Source of the DNA: Candidatus Heimdallarchaeota archaeon
GTDB lineage: Archaea > Asgardarchaeota > Heimdallarchaeia > Heimdallarchaeales > Heimdallarchaeaceae
Direction of reading: 5' to 3'
Length of the DNA: 22,760 nucleotides
Assembly (NCBI GenBank): GCA_030668825.1
Contig: DAOVET010000037.1
Location: forward strand, 1 to 22,760
A program made the position numbers and the translations under genes. The notes beneath the pieces were generated by a model. That model worked only from the letters and a program-made list of their open reading frames with translations. It ran no database searches and was not told the DNA's origin. Positions 1 through 9,176 of the stretch are shown here, piece after piece; the stretch's first letter is position 1; every line of letters begins with the position of its first letter.

Positions 1-1
1 T

Positions 2-640
2 GCAAGCAACAATTCAATTTTTATAAATAACACTTTTAGTTATAATGCTCAAAGAGGACTAGTAACTCAATTTTCATATAACAATACTGCGACACTAAAT
101 CAATGTAATTTCAACATGAATGTAGGAATTAGTGGTGGTCAAAATCTTCAAATTAACATTATAAAAAATAATTGCAGTAACAATGGTGTTGCAGGTATTG
201 AGATAGGTAGATCACTTAATGTAACTATAAGTAACAATACTTTAACAGGCAGTAAATTTGGTTTAACTGCTGGTGCTCCCCGATTTTTCAATATCTCATT
301 TAACGAAATATCAAATAATAATATAGGTATTCAATTCGCAGGAAAAGCTGAATTTGGTTTCTCAGAAAATTGTACGATTTATAGAAATCTCATATCTGAT
401 AACTTGAATTATGGTATAGTCATTTATAATGGAAAATTCAGTAGTATTCATCATAATAGTTTTATTAACAATAATCAAGGAACAATTCAAGCCTTTGACT
501 CGGGATTTAGTAATTTATGGTATGATAGTATAACAGAAAAAGGTAATTTTTGGAGTGACTTTTCAGGGATTGGCACTTACACTATTGCTGGTCCAGCTTT
601 AGCAGAAGATCTTTATCCTTTGCTTACTCCTCCAGTTTGA
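2..640 (+). CDS. Right-handed parallel beta-helix (NosD/pectin-lyase fold) protein, C-terminal part; 5' end outside the window
   Basis: The frame is open from base 2 (ASNNSIFINNTFSYNAQRG...) into the 116..640 ORF. It has Asn-ladder repeats (NNTLTG, FNEISNN, RNLISDN, HNSFINN) and the C-terminal cap GNFWSDFSG...DLYPL typical of archaeal NosD-type proteins. Confidence 0.88.
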   Translation, partial: ASNNSIFINNTFSYNAQRGLVTQFSYNNTATLNQCNFNMNVGISGGQNLQINIIKNNCSNNGVAGIEIGRSLNVTISNNTLTGSKFGLTAGAPRFFNISFNEISNNNIGIQFAGKAEFGFSENCTIYRNLISDNLNYGIVIYNGKFSSIHHNSFINNNQGTIQAFDSGFSNLWYDSITEKGNFWSDFSGIGTYTIAGPALAEDLYPLLTPPV

Positions 641-669
641 TGTTTCCACCATTTCGTAAATTTTTTTCA

Positions 670-689
670 AAACTGTTGTGAAACTTTTC
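670..689 (+). promoter_or_regulatory. Imperfect copy of palindromic operator (AAACTGTT-GTGA-AACTTTTC) upstream of the Kelch gene
   Basis: 675-691 (GTTGTGAAACTTTTCTA) is identical to 9081-9097. It lies about 15 bp upstream of a CGA + TTTCATGTA BRE/TATA-like element. Confidence 0.6.
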
Positions 690-773
690 TACTTTTTATT
701 TCACCGACATTTCATGTATTTAGATGAGAATATCATTTTGTTAAAGTTCTTATTGCTTTAATGGGTGAAAAAA

Positions 774-1955
774 ATGATAAAGAAAAACAATAAATCTAAT
801 ATGCTTCTTGTAACAATTGCTATATTCGCTCTACTACTATTTTCTGTTAATTTTGCACCAGTGATTGGGTCTTGTTCTGTAGTACAAAAAGCATATCATA
901 ATATGGTATACGATTCAGAAAATGATAGAATGATAGTATACGGTGGTATAACCAAAACAGGATATGATCATTTTACTGATGATACAGTAACCTATGATTT
1001 CAATTCCAATACTTGGGAGAAAATAACTGCAAACCAATATCCCTATCAAAAAACCTCTATGGGGATGGCTTATGATTCAGAATCAAATAAAACTATTATT
1101 TATGGAGGATCTCCAGAAAAAGATGTTGCTTCAAATCAGACTTGGGTATTTGATTCAAACGATAATACTTGGGTGAATGCTGCTCCTACTACAAATCCAG
1201 GTTTGAGAGGTGGAGTTTATATGGTTTATGATTCAGAATCTGATGTTATTGTTCTATTCTGTGGAGGTTTGGATGAAGATGCGAATCCACTCGGAGTAAG
1301 TATTTCTTACAATGATACTTGGGTGTTCAACTATAATGCAAATACTTGGACCAACGTAACACCTGCAATTTCTCCACCTGGAAGGCATAGTTTTGGCATA
1401 GCATATGATTCAGAAAGTGATAGAGTAATAATCTTTGGAGGATTCTTATACGGATCTGGAGGGTATTTTGCCGATGAGTATTATTCTAAAGAAACTTGGG
1501 CATTTGATTACAACTCCAATTCTTGGGAAAACCTAACTACTTCATCTGGACCTGATGGAAGAACACATCATAACATGGCTTATGACTCTGAAAGTGATCG
1601 AATCATCATGTTTGGTGGTTATCATTATGCAGATGATTCTTATGGTGATGAAACTTGGTCATTTGATTATAATTCTAATACTTGGACACAAAAAGATGCT
1701 TTGGGAACCTCACCATTCAAATATAAACAATCTATGGCTTATGACTCTGAAAGTGATAAAATCATCATATTCGGTGGTTCATCAACTAGTGTTTATGATA
1801 TATCTGATGAAACATGGACTTATGACTATAATTCTGACATTTGGACATTTATGGAGTGCATAATTCCAACAGAAACTCCTTTGTTCTTGTATTCTACAGT
1901 TGTTTCGTTAAATCTCTTAGCCACTTTAGTTGTTATTAGAAGAAGGAATAAATGA
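774..1955 (+). CDS. Secreted Kelch-repeat beta-propeller protein with C-terminal membrane anchor
   Basis: Six repeats of [M/I][A/V]YDSE[S/N].....GG ... TW.FDYNSN.W. N-terminal basic plus hydrophobic signal peptide. C-terminal TETPLFL + hydrophobic helix + RRRNK. ATG 774 is preferred over GTG 765 because the GGTGA RBS lies at 764-768. Confidence 0.92.
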   Translation: MIKKNNKSNMLLVTIAIFALLLFSVNFAPVIGSCSVVQKAYHNMVYDSENDRMIVYGGITKTGYDHFTDDTVTYDFNSNTWEKITANQYPYQKTSMGMAYDSESNKTIIYGGSPEKDVASNQTWVFDSNDNTWVNAAPTTNPGLRGGVYMVYDSESDVIVLFCGGLDEDANPLGVSISYNDTWVFNYNANTWTNVTPAISPPGRHSFGIAYDSESDRVIIFGGFLYGSGGYFADEYYSKETWAFDYNSNSWENLTTSSGPDGRTHHNMAYDSESDRIIMFGGYHYADDSYGDETWSFDYNSNTWTQKDALGTSPFKYKQSMAYDSESDKIIIFGGSSTSVYDISDETWTYDYNSDIWTFMECIIPTETPLFLYSTVVSLNLLATLVVIRRRNK

Positions 1956-1956
1956 T

Positions 1957-1985
1957 ATTTCTTCATTTTTTTTTATTTTCTCTTC
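1957..1985 (+). terminator. Oligo-T archaeal terminator candidate after the Kelch gene
   Basis: Pyrimidine tract ATTTTCTTCATTTTTTTTTATTTTCTCTTC directly after the stop codon. Confidence 0.5.
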
Positions 1986-2131
1986 AAATAAGAAAAATTC
2001 TTTCCACATATAAATTTATCTTGAAACTATTACAAAGTTTTTTTGTTTCAGACAGAATTAGAATAATCATATGGCAAAATTAGTTTGCCTTTGTAACTAG
2101 TCTTTTATTTTAGAAATATATATACTAAATA

Positions 2132-2401
2132 ATGACTGGAATTTCTGATCAACACATCTGTCCTAAGTGTTTTACTGAAGGAGCAAGTGTACTTGAGAAG
2201 AAGGAAACCTTTCATCTGGATAGTAATAAATTCTTTCAAATAGTTCATGTAACCTTTGTTTGTAAAACTGGATGTTGGCACAATTGGAAGGAGTATTATA
2301 AGATTCTGCTAAAAGATTTTTCAGAGGAAGAAAAAATAACAACTGTTCCCTATTTTACTGATGAAATAATAAGTCCTGATCAGATTAAATTTAAAGAATA
2401 G
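2132..2401 (+). CDS. Small putative zinc-ribbon protein, function unknown
   Basis: 89 aa with CPKC and CKTGC(xH) motifs about 30 aa apart. TATA-like sequences lie just upstream. Confidence 0.65.
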   Translation: MTGISDQHICPKCFTEGASVLEKKETFHLDSNKFFQIVHVTFVCKTGCWHNWKEYYKILLKDFSEEEKITTVPYFTDEIISPDQIKFKE

Positions 2402-2618
2402 TTTTGGAAAATTCAGTTTCCAATAAATGTTAGCAGATAAATTCTATTATCAGTTTCCTATCTCCAAAGTGTTTCTGATAAAGAACTAACAGAAGTGGAT
2501 TTAACTGACACAGAAACCCATGATATTCAAATTACATAAGATGTTTGGGTGGTTTAACTCTAAGAATTAACAGTAATTAGATTAATTTAGAAAAAAAAAG
2601 AGTTGTAAAAACGCTCAT

Positions 2619-2777
2619 TTATTGAGGATATTCGAGTTTCTTACCAAGAAGAACCTACACCCAATCAACTAGCCATCAGATACCAAAAAGACCACCAGTA
2701 ACTAACCAGAGAAGACCAGTTAGGATGTATCCTTTATAGAAACGATAGATACCTAATTCTCCTAGAAAGAATAGAAA
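2619..2777 (-). pseudogene. Decayed TM2-domain membrane protein gene remnant
   Basis: Manual minus-strand translation: FLFFLGELGIYRFYKGYILTGLLWLVTGGLFGI*WLVDWV*VLLGKKLEYPQ*. This matches the TM2 consensus (LG.LG.HRFY.G...TG.LWL.TGGLFGIGW..D). There are internal stops at 2676-2678 (TGA) and 2655-2657 (TAG), and no intact 5' end. Confidence 0.8.
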
Positions 2778-3030
2778 CTAAGAATCTAATTTTAGTGAAG
2801 AAATAGTCTTTGAAGAAGCTAAGTTTTATGAAGTATTAAAAAAGCTTCAACTAGATTTTCAATGAAGACAAAAAAAGCCAATATTTCATACCCACAATTT
2901 ATATAAATATCTTTGAGTTCATTATTTAGTATAATTCAGTTGGAAGAGAATAAAACTAGAGCCTAAATATAAAATTTTAATAGTACCTAAGAAACCTTGT
3001 AATAATCTCTTTCTTTAATAAAAAGACAAA

Positions 3031-6000
3031 GTGATTAGATTGAAACCCAAAAAGAGAATATTATTAATATTTTTTATATTTCTCTGTGTTGTCTCTGTAC
3101 TCCCTGTAAGAGCTCAGAATTCAGAGTTTCCTCTGATCTATACTGAAGTAACTGATGATGGTGGCATAATTAGAAGCTATCCAATAATCGATGATGAAAA
3201 CATTCTACACTCATTTATTCATCTTCGTACTGACAAGAATAAAATTATTCATCACTATGTAAAGGATAATGTTACACTCCAATCTACATTTGCAATTAAT
3301 TTTATAGAAATTGAGTTTATTGAAAGCTTCTTGTTTAATGGAAGTTTGTATCTTTTTTATAGTGAATATACTATCTCAAGTTTAAAACATTACAAGCTTT
3401 TTAGATGGTCATATGAATCAGAATCTACAACAATAATCTCTTCTTTTGATGACATGGAACTATTAACTATAGATTATACACAGTCATTTTTTGCTAATGG
3501 TACATTTCATTTCTTTAATACTCACAGATATGGTTTTGAATTAATGCACTTGAATGTAACTCACTATTCTGGTCTTACTAATTTTACTAAGGAAGAATTC
3601 TTTGTTGCAGATCCTTTACAAAGAGAGATTATTGATATAATTCTTGACAAGGATGACAGTATATGGTACCTTTATCAAGAGTGGGCTGCACCCAATCATT
3701 TTGGCATTTTCAGAAATCTTGGAATTGGATTATTACAAAACCAAAGTTTAACTTTTGTAACAAATTTCTCATTTGAGGGTATTTTTCTTCAAGTTGCTAA
3801 AATTGAAGCATTTGTAGAAAACAAAGATATTTTCAGTGTATTATTCTTTCATTCCAACACTATGTTTTATGGTACTTTTAATGGAACATCTATTAATTAT
3901 AGCACTCAAGAGCTGAAAACAAACTATCTCTTCGATAATTTTCTTCTTAGAAAGAACGAAAACACAGTCAAACTTTGTCTAGTTACAAGACTTCCTATTA
4001 GCGGTTTCGTTTATCTCTATGAAGGAAATTATAACGATATTACTATGAAATGGGAATTTTCTTCAATTCCCACACAATTTCAGGTTTTGGAGAATAAATA
4101 TGGATTCGATATAAATAATGAGCATATTGTTGTTCAATATGTTTCTATAATTCCTTCAAGTTTATTGGAAAGACCAAAAGGATTTGATTATCGGCAAGAG
4201 AATCTAATGGTTTTAATGAGTATATCTTCATTAGGTGTTAAAGTAGACCCAATCTTCGACAATGTTGAACTCTTTAACACTTTTCAAGATTGGTACACAC
4301 AAAATTCTGCACTTTTCATTCTTATAATCGTAGCTTTAGTGGGTATCACATCAGCCATTATCTACTACTTGATAAGAAGAATCCCTAAAGTTAAGAAGTT
4401 CTTACTAAATACAGAGGAAGTAGGAGAGTATCCATTAAGAGTTCTAATAAAGAAAAATCTTTTGAGATACTTTGAGAATACTTTTGAGACTTTCAAAATT
4501 ATAGGGTTTACAAACAGAAAGAGAACTTTTCTTACGATATTTAGCTTGTTGATTACAGGTTTTCTGTTAAATTCTATTCTTATAATCTCTGAATCACAGC
4601 AACCTGCAGTGATTAATGCTTTTTATCAATCCCAAGATTTATCAGATAACAGAATGGTAACTGCTGAGTTTACTTCCACAATAGAACATCTAGAAGATAC
4701 ACCTTCAGGATTTACGCCATATTATCATGAACTTGCAGAAGAAGAAATGGTAGAAATTTATTCAGATTTTGAGGTGGGTAAATATACAGAATCTATTAAA
4801 TCTTCATATTTTGTACAGATTGGTGCTGGGTTAATAACTAATCAGTATTTAATTGCATCATTCCCAAATGACACATCTGATGTTATTACTATGTTTCTAA
4901 CTGAAGGGAGAGCGCCTATACATCCATATGAAATTGTTGTTTCAACCTCTATTAGAAATCGGTTCAGTTTAAATCTCAATGATAGTCTCAATTTAACAAT
5001 ATCATCGTTTTTTCTGAATGTAGAAGATCCAGAAAATTTCACTGTAGGAGTTTCTGCTGTAGGATTTTATGATCCACCTACATCTTCTGAACTTAAACTA
5101 ATTACTGAGTATCAGGAACAACCTTATGATCTTTTCAGAAAAGTAAGAATGTCAGGTATGCTTACTACAAATGACAATCTTTTTCAAATATTTGCTTCTA
5201 GTCAGAAATTTGATTTGCTGATTCGGGGATATTTTCAGTTTGAATTTAACTTTGTAGATTTTAAAATGAAGGACAGAATCGTTCTACTAAATGAGCAAAA
5301 AACTATTGTAGACAAGACGTTTACTTTTACATTCGATAGTTATTCTTCTATTACTATCTCAAATGAGATGCTGTGGTTGTTTGGATCTTTCAACAACTAT
5401 TATTTGCAAAACATGGCTAGAATTTTGATTTTTGCATTTCCTGCACTATTACTCTCAATTTTCATGATAATTGAATCTTCAGATTTATTCTCAACAAGTT
5501 ACGAACAAGAAGTTGACATTCTAAGGAAAAAAGGATTTAGAAGAGGAAAAATTGCTAAACTATATCTTTCTGTAAGAATTGTCGAAGCACTAGTTGCAAC
5601 ATTAATAAGCTTTGGAATTGCGGTTATAACCGCAATTCCTCTTATTAGAATAGATGGCTTCTTTAGATTCACAAATCAAGAAACGGAATTAATATTAAGG
5701 AATATAATTGTAAAAATGTTAATAGTTTTTGCAGTATTGGTCACTATTTCAATACCTAAGATCATATCAATTGCATCAGCAAAACGAAAGCATGAAAAGG
5801 ATCCCAAAAAAGGATCAAATCTTTTCAAAAAACTACCTTGGAGAGATTTATCAATTCTTATTCTAGGAATAGTGCTTTTTCAAATATTCTACAATAGAAC
5901 TTATATAGCGTTTTATACACAAACTGTTTCAAATTATATCTCATATCTCATTCTAACAATGCTAGGAGCATTATTTTTGATAGTGGGAGGACTTCCTATT

Positions 6001-7245
6001 TTTATAAAGGTTCTTTCAATTGCATGGAGGTTGCTTGGTTATGTCTTCTGGAAAAGCAGAAAAAACAAATTCAGTTACATTTTTGCAGAAATAAGTAAGG
6101 ACATCAGATATTTTGAAAATATTACGGTGATCTTCTTGCTTGTTATAATTATTATCATCCCATCTATTGTGATACCATCCACAAAGGAAGATATACTAAC
6201 TCAACAAGCACAATTTCAAAACGGTTCAGATCTAATGATTTCGAATTGGTATGAAGCAGAAAATGTAAGTCAAGAACAGATTAATAGCTTAGAAAAAGTG
6301 AAAAATTCCACACATTTAAGACTCTATTCAATTATTTTTGGAGCTCTCTCTAATGTACAATTATTAGTTATCAATACGTCGGATTTTTTGAGTACGGCTT
6401 ATCAACCAACTCAGGATGTTATAGGATTTAATTGGGCTGATTTACCAAATTTGGATAATAATTCGATTATCATTTCTAAAACAATTGTTGAAAAATTCAA
6501 AATCTATCCTGGAGAAGAACTCTTATTCACAACAATTATTGAATGGATAGTGGTTTCATACAGTGTTTCAATAATTAGTTCTTTTGAATTATTTCCAGTT
6601 TTTCATAATGAGAGAGATAGTGCTAAAAATAATACACTTATTGTGTTATCTAGTGATTGTTTTGATATAATTGAACCATTTATTATGGGATTGGTGCTAA
6701 TAACTGATGCATTACTGGTTCGTTTGGAGGATATAAAAGATGTAGATGAAATGAAGGAACTGTTATTTACAATGAGTCAGAATCGAGTGATTTCTTACAT
6801 AGATGTAAAAGAAACTCTAGCAACTCCTCTCTATAACATCTTCATCATCGAAATCCTTCTTTCTTTGGGAGTAGCGTGTATGATTTTTGTTTTTTCAAGC
6901 TATACAACAGCTACAAAAGTAATAGAGAAAAGAGTAATCAAACATGAACTGATGAAGAAAATTGGTCTAAAAGCAAACACGATTGTCAATCTAACTTTAG
7001 CTGAATGTGTTTTAGCAGCCCTAATTCCGGGATTAGGTATAGGAACCATTATAGGTTTCTCAGTGTTGAATAGACTACTCTCATTATTATCATACGCAGC
7101 AGAACCATATTCAATATATACAATTATTTATCCAGGAACGGCTATCATTATCTTCTTTTTGCTAATACCATTTACATTGTATTTGAGCTTAAATTGGAAT
7201 CTAAGAAGAGAATTCAGAAGATATGCACCAACACAAATGGAGTGA
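3031..7245 (+). CDS. Large MacB/FtsX-family (type VII) ABC transporter permease with duplicated permease module and an extra N-terminal extracellular domain
   Basis: Signal peptide, then ~400 aa beta-rich domain, a TM helix, and two units of TM + large ectodomain + 3 TM. FtsX-like coupling motifs (EQEVDILRKKG; KHELMKKIG). It is directly followed by an ABC ATPase gene. Confidence 0.88.
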   Translation: MIRLKPKKRILLIFFIFLCVVSVLPVRAQNSEFPLIYTEVTDDGGIIRSYPIIDDENILHSFIHLRTDKNKIIHHYVKDNVTLQSTFAINFIEIEFIESFLFNGSLYLFYSEYTISSLKHYKLFRWSYESESTTIISSFDDMELLTIDYTQSFFANGTFHFFNTHRYGFELMHLNVTHYSGLTNFTKEEFFVADPLQREIIDIILDKDDSIWYLYQEWAAPNHFGIFRNLGIGLLQNQSLTFVTNFSFEGIFLQVAKIEAFVENKDIFSVLFFHSNTMFYGTFNGTSINYSTQELKTNYLFDNFLLRKNENTVKLCLVTRLPISGFVYLYEGNYNDITMKWEFSSIPTQFQVLENKYGFDINNEHIVVQYVSIIPSSLLERPKGFDYRQENLMVLMSISSLGVKVDPIFDNVELFNTFQDWYTQNSALFILIIVALVGITSAIIYYLIRRIPKVKKFLLNTEEVGEYPLRVLIKKNLLRYFENTFETFKIIGFTNRKRTFLTIFSLLITGFLLNSILIISESQQPAVINAFYQSQDLSDNRMVTAEFTSTIEHLEDTPSGFTPYYHELAEEEMVEIYSDFEVGKYTESIKSSYFVQIGAGLITNQYLIASFPNDTSDVITMFLTEGRAPIHPYEIVVSTSIRNRFSLNLNDSLNLTISSFFLNVEDPENFTVGVSAVGFYDPPTSSELKLITEYQEQPYDLFRKVRMSGMLTTNDNLFQIFASSQKFDLLIRGYFQFEFNFVDFKMKDRIVLLNEQKTIVDKTFTFTFDSYSSITISNEMLWLFGSFNNYYLQNMARILIFAFPALLLSIFMIIESSDLFSTSYEQEVDILRKKGFRRGKIAKLYLSVRIVEALVATLISFGIAVITAIPLIRIDGFFRFTNQETELILRNIIVKMLIVFAVLVTISIPKIISIASAKRKHEKDPKKGSNLFKKLPWRDLSILILGIVLFQIFYNRTYIAFYTQTVSNYISYLILTMLGALFLIVGGLPIFIKVLSIAWRLLGYVFWKSRKNKFSYIFAEISKDIRYFENITVIFLLVIIIIIPSIVIPSTKEDILTQQAQFQNGSDLMISNWYEAENVSQEQINSLEKVKNSTHLRLYSIIFGALSNVQLLVINTSDFLSTAYQPTQDVIGFNWADLPNLDNNSIIISKTIVEKFKIYPGEELLFTTIIEWIVVSYSVSIISSFELFPVFHNERDSAKNNTLIVLSSDCFDIIEPFIMGLVLITDALLVRLEDIKDVDEMKELLFTMSQNRVISYIDVKETLATPLYNIFIIEILLSLGVACMIFVFSSYTTATKVIEKRVIKHELMKKIGLKANTIVNLTLAECVLAALIPGLGIGTIIGFSVLNRLLSLLSYAAEPYSIYTIIYPGTAIIIFFLLIPFTLYLSLNWNLRREFRRYAPTQME

Positions 7246-7249
7246 TAAA

Positions 7250-9022
7250 ATGATAATATGTAATGATCTCGCGAAAATCTACTCTGATCCAATTACAGAA
7301 GCGAGTGTAATTGCACTCAGAGGAATAGATTTAGAGGTAAGAAAAGGTGAAATTGCTTCAATCGTTGGGCCCTCGGGAGCTGGAAAATCAACACTCATCA
7401 AAATACTCTCAGGCTTAGAAGTTCCTACAAGCGGAACGGTTTTACTACATGGAACAAATCTAAATGATTTAAGTGATAGGGAAATGCAAGACTTTAGATT
7501 TGGGAAAATAGGCATACTTAATCAGTATTTGAATAGTAATTTAATCCCTCACCTGACAGTCAAACAACACATTCTTTTACCAATGAGGATGAGAAAAAGA
7601 GAGTTAGAAAAAGCTAAACAAGAAGTAAAAGAAATAATGAAGAATTTGAATATCTTGGAATTGGGTGACAAAAAAGTTACAAAAATCTCAGGAGGAGAAG
7701 CAATTAGAACAAGTATAGGTGCTCTATTAGCTCAGAAACCAGAGATAATTCTAGCTGATGAACCAACAGGACAACTTGATACAGATAATACAAATGATGT
7801 GATTGAAACTTTCAAAGAATTAAACAAAGATCTAGGGACAACAATTCTCGTTGTTACTCATGATCTTCGTTTTCGAAATGCTTTTCGCAAAAGCTATATA
7901 CTTCGTGATGGTAGACTTGTAGGTATTAATCAAGATATAGAACGAGCAGAGCTGGACTTTCTTCTGAAACCAATTGATTCAACTCTTCAATCAACACTTG
8001 ATAAATTTCATTTTCTTAGAATTCCAATGTCAATTATCACTGATACAGGAATTAGCTCCTTAGCTGAATTCAGCATGCATCCATCGAAGAGATTTGCAAT
8101 TATTTACAACCCGCAAGCTATTTCAAAAGATGAAGTTCATAAAGTTCTCAAAAGATCTGACAGTTTCTATGATGATGAAGATGATGAAATAATTTCGGAA
8201 CCAGCAGAAGAGAGAGGTAGAAAAATTACTTTCGATCAAGTAAGCTTTCTTTTCGATAAAGAGTTCCTCCCTCCAAAGAAGACTCTTCCTAACATCATAG
8301 AAGTTAAGAAATTATCTAAATCATTCTCATTTGATAGTAAAGTCCAACACGTCTTGAACAAAATTTCTTTCAGTATTAGAAGAGGTGATTTTGTTGTTAT
8401 TGCTGGTAAAAGCGGTGCGGGAAAGACTACTTTGTTGAATGTTATCTCAGGTGTTGAAACGCCTGACTCTGGATCTATTATCATTACTGGTGCAGATGTT
8501 TCAAAGATGAAGAGATCTAATCTTTCAGATTTTAGGTTTAACAATATTTCAATGATATCTCAGATGAATAATTTATATAGTCAGTACACTGTTGCTGATA
8601 ATATTATTATTCCAAAAATATTTAGCAAGAAAAAGAACAAACTAGATGAAACAGATTTGTATATCATGGAAGATTGTGAAATTAAACATAAAGTCAATCA
8701 CTACCCTGTTGAGCTTTCGGGGGGAGAAACTCAAAGAGCAGCTCTAGCAGTAGCATTATCAAGAAGAAATCCATTATTATTTGCTGATGAACCAACAGCT
8801 AATGTTGATAGCAGGATAGCTCGAAACATAGTTTCTTTGTTAATGGAAATTAATCAGCTTCAGAAAACAACTATTCTTATGAGTACTCATGACCTATCTT
8901 TGGTGAGAATAGGATTCAGAGTAATAAAACTTGAAGATGGAAGTATAGTAGACGACTTTAGAGTAACTAAAAATAATTTAAAGGAAATTGTTGAAGAATA
9001 CTATAATGTGGAAATAGAATAA
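7250..9022 (+). CDS. ABC transporter ATP-binding protein with two LolD/MacB-type nucleotide-binding domains
   Basis: Walker A GPSGAGKST and GKSGAGKTT; signatures ISGGE and LSGGE; Walker B ILADEPT and LFADEPT; two THD H-loops. ATG 7250 is preferred because of the GGAGTGA RBS at 7239-7245. Confidence 0.93.
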   Translation: MIICNDLAKIYSDPITEASVIALRGIDLEVRKGEIASIVGPSGAGKSTLIKILSGLEVPTSGTVLLHGTNLNDLSDREMQDFRFGKIGILNQYLNSNLIPHLTVKQHILLPMRMRKRELEKAKQEVKEIMKNLNILELGDKKVTKISGGEAIRTSIGALLAQKPEIILADEPTGQLDTDNTNDVIETFKELNKDLGTTILVVTHDLRFRNAFRKSYILRDGRLVGINQDIERAELDFLLKPIDSTLQSTLDKFHFLRIPMSIITDTGISSLAEFSMHPSKRFAIIYNPQAISKDEVHKVLKRSDSFYDDEDDEIISEPAEERGRKITFDQVSFLFDKEFLPPKKTLPNIIEVKKLSKSFSFDSKVQHVLNKISFSIRRGDFVVIAGKSGAGKTTLLNVISGVETPDSGSIIITGADVSKMKRSNLSDFRFNNISMISQMNNLYSQYTVADNIIIPKIFSKKKNKLDETDLYIMEDCEIKHKVNHYPVELSGGETQRAALAVALSRRNPLLFADEPTANVDSRIARNIVSLLMEINQLQKTTILMSTHDLSLVRIGFRVIKLEDGSIVDDFRVTKNNLKEIVEEYYNVEIE

Positions 9023-9075
9023 GAAGTTCTTAAAATCAGAAGAGAGTATCAAACTAACATAGAAAATACTCTATT

Positions 9076-9095
9076 GAAAAGTTGTGAAACTTTTC
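9076..9095 (+). promoter_or_regulatory. Perfect palindromic operator candidate GAAAAGTT-GTGA-AACTTTTC
   Basis: 8-bp perfect inverted repeat with a 4-nt spacer, 15 bp upstream of CGA (9111) and TTTTATATA (9116-9124). Its right part is conserved at 675-691. Confidence 0.68.
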
Positions 9096-9176
9096 TATTT
9101 ATTTATTGAGCGATATTTTATATATTTTTATGATGATGTCTTTTTATTAAAGCAAAATGCTTTAAAAGGTGATTTA

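Noticed and set aside
2402-2539. Read-through extension of the 89-aa zinc-ribbon ORF
   Set aside because: It would need passage through two different stops (TAG, TAA), and the product has no recognisable motif.
9050-9097. Integron attC site at the GTT boundary of the shared upstream module
   Set aside because: There is no RYYYAAC...GTTRRRY pair with an attC-length hairpin and no integrase; an operator palindrome explains it better.
9084-9176. Upstream GTG start of the serine hydrolase
   Set aside because: It overlaps the operator/promoter module; ATG 9177 has a GGTGA RBS and gives a proper signal peptide.
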